Under the pieces are notes generated by a model. It had not been told where the DNA came from and did no database searches. It saw only the letters and a program-made list of their open reading frames with translations. DNA of 64,000 bases from an uncultured delta proteobacterium (GTDB lineage: Bacteria > Myxococcota_A > Polyangia > Fen-1088). Below, one piece after another: positions 1 to 9,400 of the stretch. Both the position numbers and the translations under genes were made by a program. Position 1 is the first letter of the stretch; each line of letters opens with the position of its first letter. The stretch lies in contig CAVYGB010000009.1 in assembly GCA_963767925.1 (NCBI GenBank), positions 224,001-288,000 of the forward strand, written 5' to 3'.

Positions 1-1
1 C

Positions 2-643
2 AACCCGCCGAGCTGCGCCTACCCCAAGACCCGGATCTACGCCCCCGACGACGCCATCATGCGGGGAGAGTTCCTGGCCCAGCGGATCGCCTCCCGCCGG
101 GCCGGCAAGACCATCCTGGGCTACGTCTCGACCAACTACGGCTTCGACGACGACGCCTCCGACCCCACGCCCTACCTCGACGTGATCAAGGCGGTCATCG
201 ACCGCCACTACGCCCACTACCAGGTCGACGGCATCTTCCTCGACGAGGCCTCCACCGACTGCGCGAAGAAGACGACGCTCTACCAGCCGCTGCACGACTA
301 CATCAAGACCAGGGGCGGCGCCGGCCTGGTGGTGCTGAACCCCGGCACCGACACCAACGAATGTTTCATGTCGGCCGCCGACATCATCGTGGACTACGAG
401 AGCGCGACCTACGCCACCTACCAGGCGGCGAGCGACGCGGCCTGGACCCAGGACCACGCCCCCGGCCGCTTCTGGCACATCTTGCCGGGCGAGAGCCTCA
501 GCACCAACATGCAGGCCGCGCTGGCCCTCAGCAAGACGCGCAAGGCCCGCTGGATCTACATCACGAGCTGGGACGACCCCAACCACTACAAGAAGGCCCC
601 CGCCTACTGGGGCCAGCTCCTGCTCGACGCCGCCCTGCCGTGA
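2..643 (+). CDS. Spherulation-specific family 4 (GH135-like) protein, 5' end outside the window
   Basis: Motifs LGYVST.YG, VDGIFLDE, VVLNPG and ADIIVDYES; the frame is open to the window edge. Confidence 0.75.
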   Translation, partial: NPPSCAYPKTRIYAPDDAIMRGEFLAQRIASRRAGKTILGYVSTNYGFDDDASDPTPYLDVIKAVIDRHYAHYQVDGIFLDEASTDCAKKTTLYQPLHDYIKTRGGAGLVVLNPGTDTNECFMSAADIIVDYESATYATYQAASDAAWTQDHAPGRFWHILPGESLSTNMQAALALSKTRKARWIYITSWDDPNHYKKAPAYWGQLLLDAALP

Positions 644-813
644 TCCGGAGGCGATCGGGTGGACGCTGCCGGTCCTGGCCGGTCGAGCGGACGCAAGTTG
701 CGTGGCTGCCGCCGCATCGAGCCCAGCACTTGACTCCGGCGGTCGCCGCCGTAGGCTAGGCTGCTCTCTCGATATCCAGCCGTACAGCTCATCTTCGATC
801 GTCGAGACCGCCC

Positions 814-1119
814 GTGACCAGATTCTTCGCCGCCTTCCTGCTGCTGCAGCTCCTCGGTCAGGCGACTGGTGCGATGTATGCGGCCGAGGAGATGATGTGC
901 GACGAGACCTCGGAGGGCGACGGTCACGAGGAGGATTGCACCCCTGGCTGCGAGCAGTGCCTGTGCTGCCCGCATCCTCGGCTGCTCCTGCTGCGGACCC
1001 CCGGGGACTTCACCGTGCCGGAGGTGGAAGAGTTCGTCTTTTCACCGCCAGAGCGGCTCATCACCGAGCCCGAGCCGAACGAGATCATGCACGTCCCCAA
1101 GGCCGGACGGTCTGCCTAG
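814..1119 (+). CDS. Small exported Cys-rich protein (possible metal-responsive leader peptide)
   Basis: Hydrophobic N-terminus, CTPGCEQCLCC cluster, C-terminal EIMHVPK; first gene of a metal-binding cluster. Confidence 0.55.
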   Translation: MTRFFAAFLLLQLLGQATGAMYAAEEMMCDETSEGDGHEEDCTPGCEQCLCCPHPRLLLLRTPGDFTVPEVEEFVFSPPERLITEPEPNEIMHVPKAGRSA

Positions 1120-1213
1120 GTAGTCGTCCCTTTCACGCGTCTGCGTGCGCGGAGCCCGGAGCGGTCCGTCCGCGAGCCGCAGGCGCATGTCCTGTCCGCC
1201 TCGAGGAGAACCA

Positions 1214-1855
1214 ATGCTCAAGATCCGTCCTGTCGCCCTCACCTTGTCCGTCTTCGTTGCCGCCGGCTGCGCCTCGTCTCGATCCGTCACCCACGGCACC
1301 ATCACCACGCTGAGCGCCGCTTCGTCCTCGGACTCCCCACGCTGTGAGCACCGTGTGCCAAGGGAGGTTTGCACCCGATGCAATCCCGCCCTCGTGGAGA
1401 AGTTCAAGGCGGCGAAAGACTGGTGTGTCGAGCACGCCGTGCCTGAGTCCCAGTGCTTCGAGTGCCATCCCGATCTGACCTTCGATCCCTTGCCCCCGCT
1501 GGCGCCGAACGCGGATCTGAAGGAGCTATCCAGGGAGGGCGAAGACGTGCCCTCGCTCGAGGCGCACGTGGTGCCGGGAAAGGTGACGCTGTTCGACTTT
1601 TACGCCGTCTGGTGCGCGCCCTGCCGGAAGATCGACGCCCACGTGTACGCCCTGCTCGCCAGCCGTGGCGACCTCGCCCTGCGCAAGCTCAACGTGGTGA
1701 GCTGGGAAACGCCGCTGGCGGCGCGCTACCTGAAGAACATTCCCAACCTCCCGTACATAGTTGTTCATGGGAAGGATGGCCGCCGGGTCGATGCGGTGGC
1801 CGGACTCGACCTGCCCGCGCTCGATCGGGCGATCGCCAGGGCAGGTGCCCGGTGA
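1214..1855 (+). CDS. Thioredoxin-family lipoprotein with an N-terminal Cys/His metal-binding repeat
   Basis: RBS GAGGAG; lipobox-like AAGC; CEH..CTRC and WCVEH..CFECHP repeats; active site DFYAVWCAPC. Confidence 0.75.
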   Translation: MLKIRPVALTLSVFVAAGCASSRSVTHGTITTLSAASSSDSPRCEHRVPREVCTRCNPALVEKFKAAKDWCVEHAVPESQCFECHPDLTFDPLPPLAPNADLKELSREGEDVPSLEAHVVPGKVTLFDFYAVWCAPCRKIDAHVYALLASRGDLALRKLNVVSWETPLAARYLKNIPNLPYIVVHGKDGRRVDAVAGLDLPALDRAIARAGAR

Positions 1856-2871
1856 GACGCCTCCTCGTCGTTCTGGCCCTGGTCCTCGGAAGCCTCCCCG
1901 GCCGGGTGATGGCCTGCGCGGGGTGCCGGAATCCCAACCTGCCGATCACGCGCTTGTCGACCGTGCACCTGGCCCCTGGTGAGGTGCGAGCGAGCGCCGT
2001 GGTGAGCGCGACAACCCTGAATGTCGTGCACGAGGCCGGGTGCGCGGACCCTCTCGACTGTCAGGAGGTGCCCATCCAGCCCCGCTTCCACCATGACCTG
2101 GACATCATCCCGGGCGAGCTCCGGGCCGTCGTCGAGCTCGGGATCAGCCCCGCCTGGGGAATCGAAGCGCAGCTCCCCTTCCGGGTGGCCCGGACCTCCG
2201 TCCGCTACTCCGACCTGGACGGTGCGCCCTACCACCCCCTCGACCCGGAGGTGCACCACCGCAACGAGACGCTCGCGGGCGTCGGGGATCCCTGGCTGCT
2301 GGGCCGCTGGGGTCGGAGCTTCGGCGGAACGGCGGTGACGGCGCGAGCCGGAACCACGGTCCCTCTCGGCAACACCGAGGTCGACCCCTTCGAGCTCGGG
2401 GCCCAGGGGAAGCGGCATCAGCACATCCAGTTCGGCAATGGCACGTTCGACCCCATTTTCATGCTGGATCTCTCCCGCAAGCTCGGCCCGGTCGACCTGA
2501 GCAGCTACGGACAGGCGCAGCTCACGGTCCACGAAAGCTCGAAGGGCTTCCGGGCGGGCAACCGCTACTTCGCCGGCCTGCAGACCGGCGCCGTGGTGGC
2601 CGCCAGGGTCACCGCCACCCTCGGCCTCGACCTCCTCTCGGAACGGCCGGAGCGCTGGGGAGGAATCATCCAGCAGGACGGGAACCTCGGGCGGACCGAG
2701 CTCCTCGGGGGCCTCGCGCTCAGCCGCCCCTTCGGTCGCACGACCGGCAGCCTCGTCGTGCGCTTTCCCCTGTACCGCCACATCGTGGAGGGCGATGCCG
2801 CCCGGGGCAGGCTCTCTTCGCCCCTCATGCTGAGCCTCGTCCTGAGCCGCACCTTCCGGAGCCCGGGCTGA
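1852..2871 (+). CDS. Exported protein, probable outer-membrane beta-barrel/transporter with N-terminal CxxC
   Basis: GTGA overlap with the upstream stop; signal peptide followed by CAGC; HHRNETL.GVGD and Q.G.GT.D motifs; alternating beta-strand pattern. Confidence 0.55.
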   Translation: MRRLLVVLALVLGSLPGRVMACAGCRNPNLPITRLSTVHLAPGEVRASAVVSATTLNVVHEAGCADPLDCQEVPIQPRFHHDLDIIPGELRAVVELGISPAWGIEAQLPFRVARTSVRYSDLDGAPYHPLDPEVHHRNETLAGVGDPWLLGRWGRSFGGTAVTARAGTTVPLGNTEVDPFELGAQGKRHQHIQFGNGTFDPIFMLDLSRKLGPVDLSSYGQAQLTVHESSKGFRAGNRYFAGLQTGAVVAARVTATLGLDLLSERPERWGGIIQQDGNLGRTELLGGLALSRPFGRTTGSLVVRFPLYRHIVEGDAARGRLSSPLMLSLVLSRTFRSPG

Positions 2872-2896
2872 TAATCTCCGCCAGGACCACGACGCC

Positions 2897-3601
2897 ATGA
2901 CACGCCTCCTGCTGCTGAGCACCTCGACCGTCTTCGGCCTCGGCTACCTCGACCACGGCGAGGGCCTCATCCGCCAGACGCTGGCCGGGGTGAGCCGCGT
3001 GCTGTTCGTCCCCTACGCCCTGCACGACCGGGACGGCTACGCCGCCAAGGCCCGCACCCGGTTCGCCGCCATGGGGTTCGATCTCGACTCGATCCACGAG
3101 CAGCCCGACCCGGTCGCGGCGGTGGCGGGCGCCGAGGCCCTCTTCATCGGCGGCGGCAACACCTTCCGCCTGCTGGACGCGCTCCAGCGGGCCGGCCTGC
3201 TGGGCCCGATCCGCGCGCGGGTGGCGGCCGGCCTGCCCTACCTGGGGGCCAGCGCGGGATCCAACGTGGCCGCTCCGACCATCATGACCACCAACGACAT
3301 GCCCATCGTGCAGCCCGCGTCGTTCGAGGCGCTGGGCCTCGTCCCCTTCCAGATCAACCCCCACTACCTCGATCCGGATCCCAGCTCCCGGCACATGGGC
3401 GAGACCCGCGAGGAGCGCATCAACCAGTTCCTCGAGGAGCACCCGACGCCGGTGGTGGGCCTGCGCGAGGGGGCCATCCTGCGCGCGGGCAAGGGGGCCC
3501 TGGTCGTCGAGGGGACCGCCGGGCTGCGGCTGTTCCGGCGTGGTGAGGCCCCCCTGGAGTTATTGCCCGGAGCGGACCTGCGCGCGTACCTGATGCCCTA
3601 G
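2897..3601 (+). CDS. pepE: Dipeptidase E (peptidase S51)
   Basis: Motifs LLLLSTS, FIGGGNTF, GASAGSN, TTNDMP, INPHY and HMGETREERI. Confidence 0.93.
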   Translation: MTRLLLLSTSTVFGLGYLDHGEGLIRQTLAGVSRVLFVPYALHDRDGYAAKARTRFAAMGFDLDSIHEQPDPVAAVAGAEALFIGGGNTFRLLDALQRAGLLGPIRARVAAGLPYLGASAGSNVAAPTIMTTNDMPIVQPASFEALGLVPFQINPHYLDPDPSSRHMGETREERINQFLEEHPTPVVGLREGAILRAGKGALVVEGTAGLRLFRRGEAPLELLPGADLRAYLMP

Positions 3602-3620
3602 CGCGCGAAGCGGGTCGCTC

Positions 3621-3763
3621 GGAGCCCCCTCACCCCTCCCTGCCCCCGCTACGCGGGGCGAGGGAGAATGGACAACGGTAGGCCGAGAAAAATGGGGAGA
3701 TAACTCCGCCAGTGTTCGCCCTCGCCCCGCGGCAGCGGGGTACAGGGAGGGGTGAGGGGCTCC
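3621..3763. repeat. Inverted pair of REP-like palindromes between convergent genes
   Basis: GGAGCCCCCTCACCCCTCCCTG...GCGGGGCGAGGG at 3621-3668 and its reverse complement at about 3716-3763. Confidence 0.7.
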
Positions 3764-3791
3764 GGAGGGCGCCGGTCGCCTGCCAGGGGCT

Positions 3792-4667
3792 TCAGGGGCG
3801 GGAGATGCGGGCGCGGAGGAACTCCACGGCGATGGGGCCGTCGCGGGCGATGCCGTTCTTGGCCCGGGCCTCGATGCTCATGCCGCCCTGGAAGCCCATC
3901 CGGTACAGGCTGGCGAAGAACGGGTAGTAGTCGTATTCGGAGGCGTCGAGGGGGAAGACCCGGCCGTCGGGGTTGGCGAAGTGGAAGTGCCGGATGTGGG
4001 CCCGGGCCCGCAGCAGGATCGCCGGATCCTCCTTCTCGATGGCCAGGTGAAAGAAGTCGACCATGAGCTGGAAGCTCGGGTGCCCCACGGCCTGCACCAG
4101 CTCGAGCGCCTCGGCGGTGGTGTTGAGGATGTTGCTCTCCTGCCGGCGCAGGGCCTCGACCGTGACCACCAGGCCGCGGCTGGCCGCCTCGGGCGCCAGC
4201 AGCTTGCCGAAGGCGACGAGCTGCCGGAAGGCCTCCGGCCGCGAGAACCCCTCGGGGACGTTGCGCGCCGCCGGGCTGCCGAACACGATGATCCTCACCC
4301 CGAAGCGCCGCACCCGATCGAACGCCCCCCGGACGTATTCGAGCTGCTGCGCTGGATCCACCTCCGGCCCGGTGACCCGCACCTCCTTCGGCAGAAAGCC
4401 GTTGGCCACCGGGGTCGGCAACCCCACCGCGCGGTGCTGGATCAGCGCCGCCTCCAGCTCGATCGGCGTCAGGCGGGCGATTGTCGACACGCCCAGCTCG
4501 ACGTAGTCGAAGCCCGCCGCCTTGGCCTCGGCCAGCCCCGCCACCCCCGTGCACAGCCCGATGCGCACCTTCGGGGGCGGCCCCGGCGGCTCCGGGCGAT
4601 GGGCGCAGGCCCCCAGCAGACCCAGGCAACCGAAGAGGCAACCGAGGACAATCGACGAACGCCTCAT
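3792..4667 (-). CDS. Sugar-phosphate isomerase/epimerase (xylose isomerase-like TIM barrel), lipoprotein-type signal
   Basis: Motifs AGFDYVE, IVFGS..AR, VEALRRQE.N, DFFH, HFH and MSIEA; LLGAC lipobox. Confidence 0.8.
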   Translation of the reverse strand: MRRSSIVLGCLFGCLGLLGACAHRPEPPGPPPKVRIGLCTGVAGLAEAKAAGFDYVELGVSTIARLTPIELEAALIQHRAVGLPTPVANGFLPKEVRVTGPEVDPAQQLEYVRGAFDRVRRFGVRIIVFGSPAARNVPEGFSRPEAFRQLVAFGKLLAPEAASRGLVVTVEALRRQESNILNTTAEALELVQAVGHPSFQLMVDFFHLAIEKEDPAILLRARAHIRHFHFANPDGRVFPLDASEYDYYPFFASLYRMGFQGGMSIEARAKNGIARDGPIAVEFLRARISRP

Positions 4668-4767
4668 GCGACAGACCCCTTCCGCTTCCACTTCCACCCG
4701 TACCGCGGCGTGACTCCCCGAAAGTGTAATGACTCCCGGGGGCGCGGGATAGAGCCGGATTCCAGTT

Positions 4768-4791
4768 GTACCTGTGCATGGGTTCAGGTAC
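4768..4791. promoter_or_regulatory. Putative LexA (SOS) box
   Basis: Perfect 7-bp palindrome GTACCTG-N10-CAGGTAC; core CTGTGCATGGGTTCAGG matches the Myxococcus consensus CTRHAMRYBYGTTCAGS at 15/17 positions; directly upstream of dinB. Confidence 0.7.
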
Positions 4792-4808
4792 CTTGATCGG
4801 CAGGTGTC

Positions 4809-6102
4809 ATGGCGACGGCGTCGGAGCTCGCGCGTTCGGGGCCACTGCCGCAGCCTCGGGTCTGCTGCCTCGACCTCGACACGTTCTTCGTGTCGGTCGA
4901 GCGGGTGCTCGATCCCACCGCTGGAGGGCAAGCCGGTCGTGGTGGGCGGCCGGCCCGGGCAGCCGCGGCGTGGTCACCGCCGCCAGCTACGAGGTGCGCC
5001 GGCTGGGGGTGAAGTCGGGCATGTCGCTGATCGAGGCGGGTCAGCTCGCCCCCGACGCGATCTACCTGCCCACCCGCGGGGACACCTACGAAAAATACGC
5101 CGACCAGGTGCGGGAGATCGCCCGCCGCTTCGCCCCCACCGTGCGTCGTCGCCAGCATCGACGAGATGTTCCTCGACCTCACCGGCTGCGAGCGCCTTTA
5201 CGGCCACAGCGGCGACGAGAACGGGGACGTCGCCATCGAGCGCGCGGTCCTCGACCTCACCGGCGCCATCGACGGCGAGCTCGGGCTGCCGGCGAGCGCC
5301 GGCCTGGCCACCAGCAAGGTGGTGGCCAAGGTGGCCTCCGCTCTGGCCAAGCCGCGGGGCGTGATGCTGGTCCCCGCGGGGGTCGAGCGCGGCCGTGCTG
5401 GCGCCCCCTGCCGGTGCGGTCCTTCCCCGGCATCGGGCCGGTGGCCGAGGGCAAGCTGCACGCCGCCGGCTTTCACACCCTGGGCGCCATCGCCGCCGCG
5501 CCCCTGGCCGAGCTGCAGAAGATCTTCGGCGCCTGGGCGACGGCCATCCGGCGGGGCGTGCAAGGGCCAGGGCGGCGGCGTCGCTCGGGCGCGAGCGCCC
5601 GGCCTTCTCCGAGCACGACCCGGAGGGCGAGACGGTCGGCAGCATCTCGAACGAGCGCACCTTCCGGGAGGACGTGTCGCGACCCCGCCTCGATCGAATC
5701 GGTGCTGTGCGGGCTGTGCGAACGGGTGTGCTGGCGCGCGCGCAAGCGCCACATCAAGGCGCGCACGGTCACCCTCAAGCTCCGCTACGCCGACTTTCAC
5801 ACGCTGACCCGCTCGCGCACCGTCTCGCCCGACCAGCTCCGAGCTCGAGCTGTACCCCGTCGTCAAGGAGATGCTCGACCGAGGCCCGCACCCGCCCGCT
5901 GGCGGTGCGCCTGCTCGGCATCCAGCTCTCCAACCTGGGGGTCTTCGAGCAGCTCTCGCTGTTCGACAGCCACGAGCGCATCAGCACGGTCGTCGACGAC
6001 ATCCGCGCCCGCTACGGCTTCTCGCTGGTCGGCCTCGCCACCCAGCTCGGCGGCGACGGCAAGACCCTGGTCGGCCGCCGCTCGGCCGGCCGCAGCCGCT
6101 AG
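4809..6102 (+). pseudogene. dinB: DNA polymerase IV (Y family) with about 10 apparent +1 frameshifts (pseudogene or sequence error)
   Basis: DLDTFFVSVE, KPVVVGG, GVVTAASYEVR, SIDEMFLD, AKP.G, GIG, SISNERTF, TVTLKLRY and VRLLGI appear in successive frames. Confidence 0.85.
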
Positions 6103-6116
6103 TCCAGGGGACTAGC

Positions 6117-6271
6117 GCACCGCTCTCGAAATAGCGTCAAGGCTGCGCCGACGATCCTGCGCCCCCGCTTCGTTGCTCCTCCTCGGAATATGCCGGATAT
6201 TCGTCGTCGTCGCGCCTCGCGGGGGCCGCAGGCTTGTCGGCGGATCCTTGACGCTATTTCGAGAGCGGTGC
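6117..6271. mobile_element. MITE-like long inverted-repeat element
   Basis: Perfect 26-bp terminal inverted repeat (6117-6142 and 6246-6271) with further imperfect internal pairing; CTAG just outside the left end. Confidence 0.6.
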
Positions 6272-6546
6272 ACCAGGACATCCTGGTTCTGGGCTGCGCA
6301 CCATCAGGCGGCGGGGTCCCGGAGCGGTCGGAGGCGATTCCCTGCCCCTGACACCTTCGTCGCCACATCGCTGTTGCGACCGATCCGGGCCCCGCCGGAA
6401 TGCTGCTGGGTGACTCACGACGCACGATCCACGCACGCTCCCCGCACCCGATCTCCCCACACCCCGCGCCACTCGACCTCACGACCAACCCACCCCTCAC
6501 GTCGAGCCGCGCCCCCACCCCGAAGACCTTCAGCACTCCACCTCGC

Positions 6547-6921
6547 CTGGGCTACTCAGTTGTGACCCGACACTTGCTTCCGCCGGGCTATTCAGTTTTT
6601 TGCATGCGGCCGCAAGCGGCCGGGCTCTTTTGTTGTCGCCGGCGGCTCACGCCGCCTGGCTATTCGGTTGTCGCCCGGGCACGTGCTTCACCCGGGCTCT
6701 TTTGTTGTCGCCGGCGGCTCACGCCGCCTGGCTATTCGGTTGTCTGGCGGCATGTGCGGCCGAGCTATTCGATTGTTGCCCGGGCAAGGGTCCTGGCCGG
6801 GCTATTCGGTTGTTGCCCGGGCAAGGGTCTCGTCCGGGCTATTCGGTTGTCGCCCGGAGTCACGGTCCGGGCTATTCGGTTTTCTGCCCGGGCCTCGATG
6901 TCGCCCGGGCTATTCGGTTGT
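6547..6921. repeat. Array of 11 degenerate 17-bp repeats (consensus CCGGGCTATTCGGTTGT), period 33-38 bp
   Basis: Copies start at 6547, 6583, 6620, 6655, 6692, 6727, 6760, 6797, 6834, 6867 and 6905. Confidence 0.9.
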
Positions 6922-7086
6922 GACCGAGAGTATTTCAAGCCCCGTGCCAGGACCGTCCGAGCCTCGAGATCCCGGCATCGCGGCCAGCAACGGCGCGGGA
7001 TCGCCCCGACGGGTCGATCGAGACCTCCGCCGTTCGGTTACGGCGAGCGGCGACCCGGCACCCAGCGGTAACCCTGGAGCTTCGAT

Positions 7087-7377
7087 TCACCGCGGTCCCA
7101 TCAGCTTGACCAGCTTGTTGTAGACGCCCATCACCAGCAGGGGGCCCGGCCACATCCCGAAAAAGCGGCTGACCTTCCGCCGGTCGCTCAGCTCGAACGC
7201 CAGCGACGCCACCATCGCGCTGAGGGCCACCGCCAGGAAGAAATCGGACGGGATCTTGGCGGTTTGCTGCTCCAGCAGCCGGGTCAGGGAGCCCTCGCGG
7301 TGCTCGGGGCGCAGCACGGGCGGCTCGGGATGAGCGGTCCGGTTCGCGCGCGGATTCATCTCTAGATCGTCGGGCAT
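7087..7377 (-). CDS. Small conserved membrane protein
   Basis: RBS GGAGA; EG..TR..EQQTAKIPSD.FL and W...LL.MGVYNKLVK pattern; two hydrophobic helices. Confidence 0.7.
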   Translation of the reverse strand: MPDDLEMNPRANRTAHPEPPVLRPEHREGSLTRLLEQQTAKIPSDFFLAVALSAMVASLAFELSDRRKVSRFFGMWPGPLLVMGVYNKLVKLMGPR

Positions 7378-7481
7378 GGTCTCCACCTCGATGTTCAGGG
7401 CCAGCAAGGCGTGTGCCCCGACTGGCCCCAACGCGCCGCTGCGTGGAGGATCCGGCCCCTCGCTTGCAGTCGAGTCGGATC

Positions 7482-8099
7482 ATGTCTGCTGCTACCGACG
7501 CCGCCGCCGCCAAGTTGCAATGCGATCTTCTCGCCGCCCACATGGGCGTGGGCCCTTTGCTGGAACGGGACTACTGGGCGGTGATCGCCGGGTGCCGCGC
7601 ACGTCCTTCGCAGATCGTGGCCGACCTGAGCCGGCGCTTTCCTCAGTATCCGCCGTCCGCGCTGGTCACCTTCTCCCGTTCGGCTGCCACCCGCGGGACA
7701 CCCCTCGAGGTGGGTGAGGAGCTCGATGTCGACATCAAGGGGGCCGGGAGCTGCCGGGTGCGGGTCGTGTCGCGCGAGCCCCAGACCCTGACCCTGGCCA
7801 CCCTGAGCGGGCACCCCGAGGCGGGGCGGATCACCTTCGGCGCCTACCGCAACACAGACGGCGAGGTCCTGTTTCACATCCGCAGCCGCGCCCGCTCCGC
7901 CAGCGGCATCACCTACATCGGCTTTCTCACGGCGGGTGAGGCGATGCAGACGAACACCTGGACCGACTTCGTCGAAGCGGTGGCCCTCAGCTTCGGCGAC
8001 GGCGTGAAGGGGTACGTGCACGCCGAGACGCGGTCGATCGAAGACGAGGACGATCCGGGGCGGCTCTGCGCGCCCACCTACCGGGCGGAAGGCGACTGA
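7482..8099 (+). CDS. DUF1990-like protein
   Basis: G.GPLLERDY, LATL.GHPEAGRITF and Q...WT.F motifs. Confidence 0.6.
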   Translation: MSAATDAAAAKLQCDLLAAHMGVGPLLERDYWAVIAGCRARPSQIVADLSRRFPQYPPSALVTFSRSAATRGTPLEVGEELDVDIKGAGSCRVRVVSREPQTLTLATLSGHPEAGRITFGAYRNTDGEVLFHIRSRARSASGITYIGFLTAGEAMQTNTWTDFVEAVALSFGDGVKGYVHAETRSIEDEDDPGRLCAPTYRAEGD

Positions 8100-8100
8100 G

Positions 8101-8850
8101 GTGGAGGCGCCGGCCTGGCGCTTCGGCCGCGGCTGGGACGAGTCGGAGCTCCGGCGCCGGCTGGCCACCCTCGGCGAGCTGCCGGTGACCGCGGGCGCGG
8201 CCGCCGGCGGCGCCCATTACCACTCCGAGGCGATCGTCTCGATCGAGCCGCCCGGCCCCGCCCTGCCCGACGGGCCCTTCGCCCGGGCCCGCGAGCTGGT
8301 GCAGGGCTACGCGTTCTCCGATCCCCGCATCGTCACCGCCCACTTCGACCCCGACCGCCCGCTCGAGGGGCGCCCGATGTTGCTGGAGATCAAGGTGCTG
8401 GGCCTGCGGTACCTCAGCCCGGTTGTCGTTGTCGAGGTGCGCGAGCGGCCGGGCCCTCGCCACAGCCGCTGGGGGTTTCGCTACGACACGCTGGCCGGCC
8501 ACCTCGAGGCGGGCTCGGAGTGGTTCCTGCTGACGAAGGACCACGCCAGCGGGACGGTGACCTTCCGCATCGAGGCCACCTGGAGGCCAGGGCAGTTCCC
8601 CAACTGGTGGAGCCGTCTCGGCTTTCACCTGCTGGCCCGCCGCTACCAGCGCGCCTGGCACCGCCTGGCCTACCTGCGCCTGCGCGCGCGCCTCGACGCC
8701 CGCGGCCTGCCGCCGCTGCCCGCCCACCTGCTCCAGGCCGGCGCGCCCTGGCCGGCGCCGCCCATCGCCGATCTGGCCGGGCCGCAGGCGCCGCCCGAGA
8801 TCGCCATCGCCGAGGTCACCGACTCGACAGGAGGACACGTCCCACCATGA
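8101..8850 (+). CDS. DUF1990-family protein
   Basis: GF.YDTL.GHLEAG.EWF motif. Confidence 0.7.
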   Translation: MEAPAWRFGRGWDESELRRRLATLGELPVTAGAAAGGAHYHSEAIVSIEPPGPALPDGPFARARELVQGYAFSDPRIVTAHFDPDRPLEGRPMLLEIKVLGLRYLSPVVVVEVRERPGPRHSRWGFRYDTLAGHLEAGSEWFLLTKDHASGTVTFRIEATWRPGQFPNWWSRLGFHLLARRYQRAWHRLAYLRLRARLDARGLPPLPAHLLQAGAPWPAPPIADLAGPQAPPEIAIAEVTDSTGGHVPP

Positions 8851-9323
8851 GATCCCCCGCAACGAACCTTGTCGGCCTCGCGCCGGCGGCTGCCCTCGGG
8901 GCGCTGGCCGGGTTGCGCTCGATGGTGCCGCTGGCCCTGGTCAGCCGCAAGCTCGCCGCCAGGCGAGCCTGGCTCCCCGGCCCGCTGGGCCTGCTGGCGG
9001 ACCGGCGGGTCGCGGGCGCCCTCACCCTGGCCGCGGCGGGCGAGTGGGTCGCCGACAAGACGCCCTTCGTGCCGGCGCGCACCCACCCCCTGCCGCTCGG
9101 CGGCCGCCTGCTGGCGGGCGCGGCGGTGGGCGCGGCGGTCGGATCCACTTGTCGGGCGTGGGGAGCGCTGGCCGGCGCCCTCGGGGCCCTGGCCGGCAGC
9201 TTCGCCGGCTACCACCTGCGCCGGGCGGCCACGCGCCTGCTCCGCCACGACCTCCCCGCCGCGCTGGCCGAAGACGCCCTCTGCCTCCTCGCCACCCGGG
9301 CCCTGCTCGCCCGCCTGCCCTGA
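8847..9323 (+). CDS. Membrane protein (DUF4126-like)
   Basis: ATGA overlap; AGLRSM.P, A.GE.VADK.P.VPAR and ALAED motifs. Confidence 0.6.
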   Translation: MRSPATNLVGLAPAAALGALAGLRSMVPLALVSRKLAARRAWLPGPLGLLADRRVAGALTLAAAGEWVADKTPFVPARTHPLPLGGRLLAGAAVGAAVGSTCRAWGALAGALGALAGSFAGYHLRRAATRLLRHDLPAALAEDALCLLATRALLARLP

Positions 9324-9400
9324 GCAAGGCCGGTTAGGGACCTCCGGCGCGGCGCGACCGTGGGTGCCCAACTCGGCCGCATTGGTGCTAGCGTCGCGGC

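Noticed and set aside
4809..6102. Programmed ribosomal frameshifting in dinB
   Set aside because: Ten independent shifts with no shared slippery motif are implausible as recoding.
6547..6921. CRISPR or TIGR array interpretation of the repeat array
   Set aside because: The repeats are degenerate, the intervening sequences are only 16-21 bp and partly duplicated, the period is irregular, and there is no cas or Nop-domain gene in the window.
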